Of a DNA stretch of 64,000 nt, positions 38,765 to 48,752 are shown piece by piece; positions within the stretch are counted from its first letter, which is position 1, and each line of letters opens with the position of its first letter. Source of the DNA: a virus. Lineage: Duplodnaviria; Caudoviricetes. The stretch lies in IMG/VR virus record IMGVR_UViG_3300017914_002346; one strand, given 5' to 3'. The translations under genes were made by a program, and so were the position numbers. The notes beneath the pieces are model-generated. The model was not told the DNA's origin, ran no database searches, and saw nothing but the letters and a program-made list of their open reading frames with translations.

Positions 38765-40160
38765 CTACTCTTGCTCCTGGCACTAATAACTGAACCATAC
38801 CTGGAAAAGGATCATCAGCAATTAAAATAATATTACCTGTTTGATCAACTATAGAACCTGTAGTAACTTGTTTATAAACTTGGCTTGGATTAGCATCTGC
38901 AAAACCATTGTATATAACAGGTCTACCTTTTCCGTCAGAGTCTAAATCTGGAGAGTTAGTAAATGCTCCGTCTGAGTCTCTACCAAATACAGCTTTTAGT
39001 CTTTTAAATTTATCTCTATTAGAAGATGTTTCTTGCTCTGTATTAATGTAATCATACAAGAAAGTATTAATTTGATTTAGAGCTTCTGAATCTGTTTTAG
39101 AAGCAGTCATTCTTCTATAGACTTGAAAAACTGGCTGAGATGTAGCATCATCAATATCATTTTGTTTTGATGTAGGAGCTACAGGTAGTATATACTGACC
39201 GTTAAGTAACTCTAATTCTCCACCAACTGTTAAGTTAGGTTTATTCCATTCAATCCAATCAGCTGATTCAAAATTATCTTGTCTAGCATTCATTACTTGT
39301 TGTGTGCTAGTAAGTGTAGTTCTTCTTAGAATCCAACCAGTATCAGGACCCTGATATGTAAAGATCATAGTATTGTCTTGTGCAGTGCTAAAGTTCACAT
39401 AAGATCTTCCACTACTATCTACAAATTTTTGATCTAACTTTGGATAAGTTGTAATTACATCAGAGTCAATATAGGTTTGATCTGTAAAGTTTACTCTCTT
39501 ATATACAGGGTAAAACTTTTCACCGTTATGATCAGTAATAGCAACTGCATCTGAATCAGGATATGAACCTGATGCTTCAGGTGTGTTAGTTTTCCATTCA
39601 GTTACTTGAGCAGTTTTTCTAAACTCATATGGTGTAGTCCAAAAAGAAATATTTTTATGCTGCCATGATGAAAACGAATCTCTAATTTCTACAACATCAC
39701 CAGCTCTTGCTAAAGGTAAAACCATATGTACTGTTCTACCTGCAGAAACTTCTCTCAAGTCAGCTGTAATTCTTTCACCTCTAGATAAGAAATACCATTC
39801 ACTATCTCTATAGATATCTGGAATACCATCAGCATTTGAATCTACAAACACACTTTCACTATCTACACCATAACCATAATTATTAATAGAATCTTTAGGT
39901 GTTGCAGGTCCACCTGATTTAAACTGTACAATAGTGTATTTTCCTGCAGGGTGCAATTCACCAACTTTATATTCATAATCCTGAAACGGTCTTCTATATC
40001 CATAGAAAGCATTATTAGGATCATTGCCTATCGGGTTATCACCAAAGTTAGAATAAATGTCAGCAAACAGGTTATTGATTTTCTGTCCACCTCTACGAGC
40101 AGAATCACCTGTACCTGAATCTGGTGTTACACCTAAATTAATTAAATCTCTTGCAGCCAT
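38757..40160 (-). CDS. Baseplate wedge / tail-fibre connector, gp9/gp10-like
   Basis: LINLGVTPDSGTGDSARRGGQKINNLFADIY matches the gp9/gp10 N-terminal signature; LPLARAGDVVEIRD. Confidence 0.7.
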   Translation of the reverse strand: MAARDLINLGVTPDSGTGDSARRGGQKINNLFADIYSNFGDNPIGNDPNNAFYGYRRPFQDYEYKVGELHPAGKYTIVQFKSGGPATPKDSINNYGYGVDSESVFVDSNADGIPDIYRDSEWYFLSRGERITADLREVSAGRTVHMVLPLARAGDVVEIRDSFSSWQHKNISFWTTPYEFRKTAQVTEWKTNTPEASGSYPDSDAVAITDHNGEKFYPVYKRVNFTDQTYIDSDVITTYPKLDQKFVDSSGRSYVNFSTAQDNTMIFTYQGPDTGWILRRTTLTSTQQVMNARQDNFESADWIEWNKPNLTVGGELELLNGQYILPVAPTSKQNDIDDATSQPVFQVYRRMTASKTDSEALNQINTFLYDYINTEQETSSNRDKFKRLKAVFGRDSDGAFTNSPDLDSDGKGRPVIYNGFADANPSQVYKQVTTGSIVDQTGNIILIADDPFPGMVQLLVPGARVDD

Positions 40161-40164
40161 ATTT

Positions 40165-40172
40165 TATTTATT
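40165..40172 (-). promoter_or_regulatory. Late promoter candidate AATAAATA, 4 nt from the ATG
   Basis: Fills most of the 14-nt gap after gp15. Confidence 0.45.
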
Positions 40173-40174
40173 TC

Positions 40175-41041
40175 CTATATTAAGCCAAAATCGCGAACAA
40201 CCTTAACAATGTTTCCATCTGAGTCACTTAAGTTTAGAACTGTAGGACCTATTCTATAATCACTGTCAAGTACTGCATCTGAGTCAGAAGCTGTTACATT
40301 TACAAATCCAACCTCAGAACCTATAATATTAGAAGCTCTAGTTAAAGTATCAAGCTCTGGAGATCTTCCATCTGAATCTCTTCCTGGGATAGCTAACATT
40401 GCTCTTGAATCAAAAATTACATTTGATGTTACAGCTGGGCCCCATAGATAAATTTTAGCAGTAAATTCAAAAGTCCATTCTACTAATCTTCTATCTCCCA
40501 AATCACCTGTCCAATCATCAGCCCATGTAGCAGCTGTCAATATGATAGGTAGGTCATAAGTATTAGTAGGAATTGGAGTATCAGAATCGTTATCTAATGG
40601 AAAGTTTCTAACTCTAACAGTGTAAGCAGGAGTAAAGAAGGGTAATATTTGTTCTGCTATTTGCCAACCATCATTTAAATTTTTAGTTGTAAGATACATA
40701 GTAAAATCTAAATTGTACGGAGTAGGTGAATGTACTCTCTGTCTTGGTATACCTAAAGTATCAGGTGTTCTAATTACAGTTTGTTTGTTAGTAATCTTTC
40801 TATCAATATCATAATTCATAGCAACTACTTCATATGACATTCTAGGAAGAAGTTTCTCAAACATTTCTTCTTCTCTTTCAAATTGTTTTTGAGCTTCTAA
40901 CCATTTTTGTCTAGGGCCATAAGCTATTGGCACCGGTACAAACTTACCATCTCTTCTTTTAATTACAATATTATTAAACAAGCTGCCAAAGACAGCAACA
41001 GCTGATTTAATAGTTTCGTTATAAAAGTGTTGCCCTATCAT
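40175..41041 (-). CDS. gp15: Tail terminator / sheath stabilizer
   Basis: HFYNETIK..V..FGSLFNNI, VPIAYGP.QK, LPRMSYE, EQILPFFTP. Confidence 0.93.
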   Translation of the reverse strand: MIGQHFYNETIKSAVAVFGSLFNNIVIKRRDGKFVPVPIAYGPRQKWLEAQKQFEREEEMFEKLLPRMSYEVVAMNYDIDRKITNKQTVIRTPDTLGIPRQRVHSPTPYNLDFTMYLTTKNLNDGWQIAEQILPFFTPAYTVRVRNFPLDNDSDTPIPTNTYDLPIILTAATWADDWTGDLGDRRLVEWTFEFTAKIYLWGPAVTSNVIFDSRAMLAIPGRDSDGRSPELDTLTRASNIIGSEVGFVNVTASDSDAVLDSDYRIGPTVLNLSDSDGNIVKVVRDFGLI

Positions 41042-42093
41042 TAGATTTCATCTATATTATTAATTACACCGGCGTATCCAAACGCCTCAGCTGTGTAGTC
41101 TTTATCCACTACCTTAGCTTTTTCTTTTAGAGGTTTACCTTCATTGTCATACTTAGTTTCTAATTGTGCACGTTCTTCTATATGCATGTTTTCAGCCCAA
41201 GTATCAAAATGATCATCGCTATCATCAGCAATATTAAGATTCTTAGTATCCGAATCTGTAAGTTCAAGACCCGACTTCGCTCTAGCAATCGGTCCAGTGT
41301 CTGAATCAATGAGGTTAGCTTGTGTTCCATCCTTCTTATATTCCACAACTCTAGGGTTAAATTCGAGGTCTTCACCGCTAAGCTCAAACAATCTACATCT
41401 TAATTTATATTGATAATTGTCTCCTATTTGATAAAAAGCACCGTCATGATAAGTTGTAACTCTTAAAATTTCAAATACTTTAGGAATATACTGCTCTTTG
41501 TTTTGTGCTGATCTACCAAAAGGGATTACAACTAAGTCACCTTCTAGAGGTCTAGATCTTTTAAATGTTTCTGCGTCATCACTATCACCAGCAACTTTTA
41601 AGTCTGAATCAAAATTATTATATAAGTTTTCAAAATTGTTAATAGCTACTGAAAGAATAACTTCTTCTCTAAACTCAATACCATAAGTAGTCATTACATC
41701 GCCTTCACCTTCAAAACCAGCAGCTGCAACTAATAACATATCCATTTGTAGACCTCTATGAAATCTACTTTCTGGTCTTTCATTCCAAACATTATCTGTA
41801 TAAGGAGAAGAACGAGGCATATAACGAACGGTAATACCGTTTACGTTAATAGACTCTCTTATCATATTTTGAATTAGTCTTTGTTCGTTTGTCGAGAAAC
41901 GAGAAGAGGCTCCGAACTGGTTAATATAGCCATCGATATAAGTATTTCTAATGCCTGCTGAGATGGCATAGTCGCTATTGACTTTTTGTATCGATCTGTT
42001 GAGATTAACGCCGAAGTCTGAATCATTGTCAGCATTGTTTAAGTCTGTTGTAGACGCTAATGTAAAACCTGAATAGTTGTTCTTTATTGCCAT
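41041..42093 (-). CDS. gp14: Neck protein
   Basis: NEQRLIQNMIRESI..NG..V.YMPR, GFEGEGD, RPLEGDLV, FYQIG, LRCRLFE.S.E. Confidence 0.88.
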   Translation of the reverse strand: MAIKNNYSGFTLASTTDLNNADNDSDFGVNLNRSIQKVNSDYAISAGIRNTYIDGYINQFGASSRFSTNEQRLIQNMIRESINVNGITVRYMPRSSPYTDNVWNERPESRFHRGLQMDMLLVAAAGFEGEGDVMTTYGIEFREEVILSVAINNFENLYNNFDSDLKVAGDSDDAETFKRSRPLEGDLVVIPFGRSAQNKEQYIPKVFEILRVTTYHDGAFYQIGDNYQYKLRCRLFELSGEDLEFNPRVVEYKKDGTQANLIDSDTGPIARAKSGLELTDSDTKNLNIADDSDDHFDTWAENMHIEERAQLETKYDNEGKPLKEKAKVVDKDYTAEAFGYAGVINNIDEI

Positions 42094-42860
42094 TAGCCAT
42101 AGTATCCGGAATCGAACCCTCTTTGTGAAAAACGTAAATGTGCTTCTGTAATTGCATCACTAACGTTTCTTGCTTTAATATCTAAATTTGAATTAGTACC
42201 TGCTTCTGTTTGCACAAAATTATCATAAAGAGATTTCTGTTTAGCTGCTGTCATATCAGTGTCAGCAGTTCCGGCTTTATACTTAGCAATAGATGTTTTA
42301 AAATCAAATTGAATGTTATCAGCTTTACTCTGATAAACTACTTTGTAATTGTTGTTACTCTTATCATATTGTAAAATTGAACCCGCGTGTAGAACAACAT
42401 CACCTTCAGCGAGATCAATATTATCAGAAACAATATTTGGATATGTAGACTTCCAGGAAGTATAACCATTAGCTCTTAAAGTCGTTTTCAATACCGCTAT
42501 ATTCTCATCACTAATCATAGTAAGAGGGAGTTCTGAATAATTTAACACACCTAGGAAAGGTCCAAAAAATTCTAATCTATTAAGCTCTTGATCTAGAATT
42601 TCACTTGTTCTATATTCTGCTTCAATAAAGTTGTTTATTTTAATAAAGGCTGTACGTAATGGATCACCATCATTAGAGTTAGGTGAAGTACCTACATCTA
42701 CAACAGTTGATTCAGTAGTAATTCTATTAGCACTTGTATATTGTATAATACCAGTATCAGAATCAATAACGTTAGGAATAAGAGTAGGTTCAGAGGCTGA
42801 ACGACCTTTTGGAAATAAGTGGTGATCTAATCTTCTATTTGTTGATGCGTATCTAGCCAT
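42093..42860 (-). CDS. Virion protein with a gp9/gp10-like anchoring motif, 255 aa
   Basis: VDVGTSPNSNDGDPLRTAFIKINNF. Confidence 0.55.
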   Translation of the reverse strand: MARYASTNRRLDHHLFPKGRSASEPTLIPNVIDSDTGIIQYTSANRITTESTVVDVGTSPNSNDGDPLRTAFIKINNFIEAEYRTSEILDQELNRLEFFGPFLGVLNYSELPLTMISDENIAVLKTTLRANGYTSWKSTYPNIVSDNIDLAEGDVVLHAGSILQYDKSNNNYKVVYQSKADNIQFDFKTSIAKYKAGTADTDMTAAKQKSLYDNFVQTEAGTNSNLDIKARNVSDAITEAHLRFSQRGFDSGYYG

Positions 42861-43038
42861 TTCTCTCTACTAACTTTTCTAACAAATTTTCTATTCTATT
42901 TATTTTAGCTTCCATAACGTCTAAACGCTTAGCATCTTGCTTTCTTTTCTTCGCAGCTTCATAAACTTTCCAGTTTGTATTTAGAATAGCGTTTGTATTT
43001 TCATTCTTTATTAAATCGCTTTGACCTTTAATTTTCAT
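42853..43038 (-). CDS. Small hypothetical protein, 61 aa
   Basis: Tightly coupled ORF; KIKGQSDLIK...AILN plus a short coiled coil, the type of gene that follows the large structural gene in marine T4-like phages. Confidence 0.65.
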   Translation of the reverse strand: MKIKGQSDLIKNENTNAILNTNWKVYEAAKKRKQDAKRLDVMEAKINRIENLLEKLVERNG

Positions 43039-43040
43039 TA

Positions 43041-46000
43041 TTAAATATCCGCTATAATTCTAAGATCTTTTATTCTAGGTATTTGTGCTTCGTTCTTACA
43101 TATCATTCTAATTCTAATCTTAAACGATGTGAATTCAAAAGGAACTTCTTGTTCAGCTTTAAACTGTTTATAATCAGTATCAGAACTGAAAGGACCATGA
43201 CTACCTTCTGTAATAAACTGTGTAGCTCTAAAGTCAGTCCAATCAATTTGATCAAAAGGTGTGGTATCGCCTCTTTGTCTAGCTTTATAAGCAAATTCTA
43301 ATTTAGAATCTGGTTCCATATCTGCGTCAAAGATAATATTAAATCCATCAGCAGGTATTTCAAGATCAATTTGTTTAGTTACATAAGCAGAAAATTCTGT
43401 TTCTGATTGCTGAGCAGCAATATAAGAAGCATATTCTTGTAATGTTGCATCTGCATCTCCGCTTGAAATAGAAGTGGTAGTTAATCCAGTACTAATCTCA
43501 GAATCATTTAACAGAGTACCTGTAATGTTTCTAAAGACTACTGGATATAAGTTATCATCAACGTTAAAGACAGGAGACGAATATTTACTTCCACTTTCTA
43601 ATTCAATCTTCATAGTCAAATCTGCAGTAGTAGCATTTAACTGATTTCTAATTATGTAAGGATTTTCTAACTCAATATATTCATTCATATCAATTTCAAC
43701 AGGATCGTTAGTTGAAACATTAGCTGCAGCACCATTTTTAATTTTATTCGAATCAATTTCTAAATTAAGCGAGTTAGTTTCAGTACCTGTAAAAGTAATA
43801 CTTGCTGCATCACCTTCAGCTTTTGACATTAAAATGTTAGTAATAAGACTATCATAAACTATAGGTTGAGTAGCAAAAGTATCAAACACTGGTACAGGGG
43901 GTTTACCTGAACTTGTAGCTTTAGTAGTAGTTTTAATAAAGTAACTATCTAATGTAGCAAACAAAACATCATGTGTACCGTTTAGTTCTGAATCAGGAAT
44001 ACCGTTAAAGTTGTTTGGTGTACCAAATTTATCAAACCCTTTCAAAGTAACCTGTGCATTGTTAAAATGCATTCCATGATTAGGATGAGTTACTTTTACA
44101 TAGTTAGAATATTCATAAGTTTCAATTGCTAACCCTCTAGTAAACGCTCCAATATCTGCATTAAAGTTTTTCAAATTAGATATTGTATTCTTTAATGTAA
44201 TACTAGATGTAGGTGGTCTTTGATCATTGTTAATATCAAAGTTAGCTTGATTTAACCTAAACATCATATCAGTGTTTTGCTCTGGAGACCATGTACTTTG
44301 ATTTTGTGAAACAAAAAACGATCCAAAGTAACCACCTACATTAGGTTGCGCGTCGTGAGTACCTGTACCGTCTAATTTTTGTTTGCCAAGATCTGCAACG
44401 AAGACTTCTGTAGCATCGGAAGGTGATTTCAATACAATACAATACTCTTCATTAGGTTCTCTAATTTCTACAGGTCTTTTAAATCTAAACCTTGTATAGT
44501 TAGTGGAAGAAGGGGTAGTTACTTGCATCGACTTATCTACTTTTACTCTTCCTGTAGTTCCTATTCTCTGCTTTGGACCCCCTGGATATCCATTAATCAT
44601 TTTTCTAATTTCAACAATGATATTATCCATAACAGGTCTATCATCTACAAAACTCAACCACAAATCACATGATGTAATAATAGCTTCTGGTTGTGTAGGA
44701 AATTCTTCACCAGCTAAAATTTGTTCTGCTGTAACTTTTCCTACTACGGGTAGTTTAAATGCTTGTGCTATAGGATCCCCATTATCATCATTATCATCTT
44801 CAATTGGTGGAGGAGGAGGTAAAGTTCTTCTACCTCTTACTTGAACACCTAGGTTTTGAGTATCAACTCTTTTATTATCAACTGAAGTTGTAACATCAAA
44901 GAAATCTCTATGTCCAATAGAATTAAAAGTAGCAGCAGCGTTTGAATCTCTACCATCTACAGGCTCATCTTTTATCTGTACAGTCTCTTTACCAGCTTTG
45001 AAAGTTTGATAAGGTATATTAAATGTACCTGAAATCTTACCATCACTATTAGAAACTAAACCAGTTTTTATAGGTACACCACCTATATCAATCTTGTGTG
45101 AGGTGTTAGGTCTTAGACCCTCTGCTTCAAATTTAATACCACCTGCTGGGTTTCTCATCCAGTGATCTTTAATGTTTTGAATAATTTGAGTACCTCTCAA
45201 AGTCTCAGAAGGTTTAGTTCCTGCTATTGCTCTTGGTTTACCAAAAGTGGTAGTAGTAACTCTTCTTCTTGCTTGAGATGTAGTAATAGTTCTACCTCTT
45301 CTTGAAGTTCTTTGAGACCCAAACCATTGTAATCTAGAAGTTGAACTACCACCAGGCGAAGCAGTTGTAACCTTTAAGAACTGACTAAACTGATCAGAGT
45401 CTCCACTAAACGGTCTTATTCTACCATTAAAATTAGTGAAGTAGTTATTTACTCTATCTCTCCAATGATTTTCTGAAGGTGTAAGAGTTAAAGAACCTAC
45501 AAAGATCCAAGTTGCAAAAGGATTAATTTTATGACTACCAGTAGCGTTTAATTGCTCTACCATAGTCTCTTCATTGTACTTTTTAATTACAATATTTTTA
45601 GCTAAGTAATAAGGATCAAGACTATCAGTACTATCAACAGCCATTTCAATTTGTTCACCATCTGTTTGACCTGGAATAAGATGATTTTCAATTACATCAA
45701 TAGATGCGTTATACTCTTCATGTAAAGAGTCTGCTGAGCTATTAGGATTATTTTCAGCAAGAGCAAAATCATCAGTAACGAATCCTGATTTTGATCTACT
45801 TCCTAAATCATCATGTAATGCTTGTGATTCCAGTAATGATAGAGCAACTGATTCTTCTAGACGATTAATTCTAGATTCAATTTCACCGATATCTCTCATA
45901 GTATAACGTTTGTTATCTACTGTTTCAATGTCTATTTCTTTTTCTGGATATCTAACTGCTGGTGGAATCGTTAGATAGTAAAGTGGCATTGCATTAGTAG

Positions 46001-48728
46001 CTGTAGTTGGTTTCTGAGGATTATCGACTACAGCTTGACCTTTCTTAATTACAAAACCACCGTCTTTAGAAATAGAAATACACATTACATATTGTAGATA
46101 TTCTTCTAAGTCAGCTGTAAAGTAAGTATTAGGTTTAATCTTTGGTTGCTTGTAATAATTTCTTTCAGAGAAGATAAACGGTGATTTAGTAATATCAGTT
46201 ACTATATCTTCTACTCTAAATCTAAAGTCAATTGAGTTTCTTAAATCGCGACCTGAATCATCAACCTTGGGAATAATTTCCTTTGGTTCAGAGTAATATC
46301 TTACATCTTCATCATAAAAAGGTAGCTTACTATAACTATCTGCGCTATAGTAAAAATTATTAACTGGCGATGCTTCAAAATAAGAATAGAAAATAACTAG
46401 ATCACCAGATGGTGCTGGTTTGTTTTCATTCTTTAGAGTAAGTCTACCAATATCATAAAATTCACTTCTTTGACCATTATCAAAAACGTAATTAGCAATA
46501 TAGTCTTTACCTTTAGCTGCTGTATTACTAACATGAGTGATAGGACTGTTATAAGCAGCAACACCTGCTGGTGAAATAACACTTAAAGTTTCACCAGTAG
46601 TAAAGCTTGTATTTTTTCTATAAATTACTTCTAAAGTAGTTGTAGAACCTGTACCTGTTAAAAAACTATGGTAACCTGAAGTAGAAGCAATATCACCTGC
46701 TCCTGTTGTAGTAGAGTTTTGTAATGTAACAATAGCTTCTGTACCTGAAGATAAACCTCTAACTATAGCACCCTGAGGTACTAAGCCCGTTGTATTAATC
46801 TCAATTCTAGCAAATTGACCATTAGCAAAAGTACTATCTGAAGATAAATTAATACCATACACTTCATGAACATCTGGGTAGGCTAAAGATATAAGTTTAT
46901 CTTGAGCTGACCAACCAAAGTTAACACCAGTTCTTGCAGATGACCCTGTGTTTTTTACTTTAATGTATTTGAACTTTAAACGCTTTTCAATTTCTTCTTG
47001 ATCATCAACTCTTGATTCGTTATAGTAACCATTAGCATCACCAGAAGAGATACCAGTATCATCTAAGATAGTAAAATCATTATCAAATACTGTTGCAGTT
47101 CCTCTAAAAGTTTTAATATGTCTTGATAAGGTATTAATAAGTTCAGGGTTTGGATTAGTAAATGAATCCGGATCTACAGTAGCAGAAAAACCTCCTGCTC
47201 CAGTTATAGTACTAACATCATTAACACTAAACACTTGAGCTGTAGAAATAGTAGATGAAGTTGACTGTACAGTTGATTTTATAGTCTGATTAATTCTAAA
47301 TTTACCTGACCAGTTTATTAATGTAATAGCATTACCAGTTATACCTGCTTGTCCATCTGCATTATATACGTAACCTGTATTTCTATTTGTAAATGCATCA
47401 TTACCATCAGACCAGCTTAAAGAAGTAGCCGTAGTAATAACTTGAAACATTTTTACGTCATAGATAAACAATCTACCATTAGTATAGCTATACCCTCTAG
47501 CTACGCCAATAGTTTCAGCATCTGAATCTTTAAGTAACAATCTATTAGCATAAGTAAACGGATCACTACCTGTCTGACCTGGAAGAGTACCTGTAGGTGT
47601 ACCTGACACTTCATAACTTGAAATATTATTAAACGGTACTTGAAAGTTTTTAGTTCTTTTAGTATCACCATCTTTTGTGACTGTTAATTTAGTAGTACCA
47701 GTTTTATCTACTTCATAACCATATACATATGCTTTGGAAGGACCCAGTTTAGCTACAAAGGTATCTGAATCACCGTCTTCTAAAGATAATGAGAATGGTT
47801 TAAGAAAATAATTTCCTGATTCATCATAGGTTCTTCTTGCAAGCGTTTTTCCTAAATCAGCATATTGAGGGTTAGTAGTTTTATTTTCAACTTCATTACC
47901 ATCTTCTACTTCAGTTAAGAAATAAAAGTTTTCTGGTGTAGTAGCGCCTTTTGCTACAACAACAAAAGTTAAACTTTGAGTTAATCTATGCGCGCCAGGG
48001 GCGCCTTCGTTTGAGGAACCTCTAGCGTTGTCAAACAAAGTAGCATCAGTGTTTTGAGTAGCAATACTTTGTTCTGCTTTGAGACCTATTTTTGCTGACG
48101 GTGTATGACTATTGTTATCAATAATAACTGTTTGTTTATCTACTCTACTAAAAATACCGTTTACAAAATATACACCTTCTTCAACTTCAGCTATTGTAAC
48201 TGGATTTACTGCATTAAATGTCTGAACTAATTCTGTAGTAATAAGATTAGAGTTATCAGCTAATGTAGCATAAATGTAATCACCTGTAGCAGCAAACTTC
48301 TTTTGAGTAAGATAGTAAAAATATAAATTGCCTACATTATTTGTACCTGTAGTACCTGTAGGTTGTTTAATTACTTTAGCTCTTACACTTCCATCAGCAT
48401 TAGTAATAATTAAGTTTTCTAAGTTACCTATTGTAGATAAGATAGATGCAGTTCTTGCACCTGATAAAGGAAATGATGTATTACCAGAACCTGTTAAAAA
48501 CAGTCTATAGATCTCATTATTGATAGTAGTAGAACCACCAGTTACTTTAGAACCTTCTTTAAATACATGCTCTCCAAATCTATTGATTTGAGTTTGCAAA
48601 AAGCTTTGTAATGTAGTTAATTCTCTTGCTTGTACAGGAAAGCCTGGACGAAATAAAACTCGGAGATAATCTTTTTCCGGGTCATAATCATCAAAGTAAG
48701 GAGATACGTTTAAGTTAATTTCTGCCAT
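43041..48728 (-). CDS. Large virion structural protein (VrlC/DUF4815-like), 1895 aa
   Basis: NLNVSPYFDDYD, VLFRPGFPVQARELT.LQS, APGAHRL, LARRTYDESGNY, RYTMRDIG, GDPIAQAF, PRIKDLRIIA. Confidence 0.82.
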   Translation of the reverse strand: MAEINLNVSPYFDDYDPEKDYLRVLFRPGFPVQARELTTLQSFLQTQINRFGEHVFKEGSKVTGGSTTINNEIYRLFLTGSGNTSFPLSGARTASILSTIGNLENLIITNADGSVRAKVIKQPTGTTGTNNVGNLYFYYLTQKKFAATGDYIYATLADNSNLITTELVQTFNAVNPVTIAEVEEGVYFVNGIFSRVDKQTVIIDNNSHTPSAKIGLKAEQSIATQNTDATLFDNARGSSNEGAPGAHRLTQSLTFVVVAKGATTPENFYFLTEVEDGNEVENKTTNPQYADLGKTLARRTYDESGNYFLKPFSLSLEDGDSDTFVAKLGPSKAYVYGYEVDKTGTTKLTVTKDGDTKRTKNFQVPFNNISSYEVSGTPTGTLPGQTGSDPFTYANRLLLKDSDAETIGVARGYSYTNGRLFIYDVKMFQVITTATSLSWSDGNDAFTNRNTGYVYNADGQAGITGNAITLINWSGKFRINQTIKSTVQSTSSTISTAQVFSVNDVSTITGAGGFSATVDPDSFTNPNPELINTLSRHIKTFRGTATVFDNDFTILDDTGISSGDANGYYNESRVDDQEEIEKRLKFKYIKVKNTGSSARTGVNFGWSAQDKLISLAYPDVHEVYGINLSSDSTFANGQFARIEINTTGLVPQGAIVRGLSSGTEAIVTLQNSTTTGAGDIASTSGYHSFLTGTGSTTTLEVIYRKNTSFTTGETLSVISPAGVAAYNSPITHVSNTAAKGKDYIANYVFDNGQRSEFYDIGRLTLKNENKPAPSGDLVIFYSYFEASPVNNFYYSADSYSKLPFYDEDVRYYSEPKEIIPKVDDSGRDLRNSIDFRFRVEDIVTDITKSPFIFSERNYYKQPKIKPNTYFTADLEEYLQYVMCISISKDGGFVIKKGQAVVDNPQKPTTATNAMPLYYLTIPPAVRYPEKEIDIETVDNKRYTMRDIGEIESRINRLEESVALSLLESQALHDDLGSRSKSGFVTDDFALAENNPNSSADSLHEEYNASIDVIENHLIPGQTDGEQIEMAVDSTDSLDPYYLAKNIVIKKYNEETMVEQLNATGSHKINPFATWIFVGSLTLTPSENHWRDRVNNYFTNFNGRIRPFSGDSDQFSQFLKVTTASPGGSSTSRLQWFGSQRTSRRGRTITTSQARRRVTTTTFGKPRAIAGTKPSETLRGTQIIQNIKDHWMRNPAGGIKFEAEGLRPNTSHKIDIGGVPIKTGLVSNSDGKISGTFNIPYQTFKAGKETVQIKDEPVDGRDSNAAATFNSIGHRDFFDVTTSVDNKRVDTQNLGVQVRGRRTLPPPPPIEDDNDDNGDPIAQAFKLPVVGKVTAEQILAGEEFPTQPEAIITSCDLWLSFVDDRPVMDNIIVEIRKMINGYPGGPKQRIGTTGRVKVDKSMQVTTPSSTNYTRFRFKRPVEIREPNEEYCIVLKSPSDATEVFVADLGKQKLDGTGTHDAQPNVGGYFGSFFVSQNQSTWSPEQNTDMMFRLNQANFDINNDQRPPTSSITLKNTISNLKNFNADIGAFTRGLAIETYEYSNYVKVTHPNHGMHFNNAQVTLKGFDKFGTPNNFNGIPDSELNGTHDVLFATLDSYFIKTTTKATSSGKPPVPVFDTFATQPIVYDSLITNILMSKAEGDAASITFTGTETNSLNLEIDSNKIKNGAAANVSTNDPVEIDMNEYIELENPYIIRNQLNATTADLTMKIELESGSKYSSPVFNVDDNLYPVVFRNITGTLLNDSEISTGLTTTSISSGDADATLQEYASYIAAQQSETEFSAYVTKQIDLEIPADGFNIIFDADMEPDSKLEFAYKARQRGDTTPFDQIDWTDFRATQFITEGSHGPFSSDTDYKQFKAEQEVPFEFTSFKIRIRMICKNEAQIPRIKDLRIIADI

Positions 48729-48744
48729 AGTACACCATTTTAAT

Positions 48745-48752
48745 TATTTATT
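48745..48752 (-). promoter_or_regulatory. Late promoter candidate AATAAATA
   Basis: Between the gp8 stop and the ATG at 48728. Confidence 0.55.
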
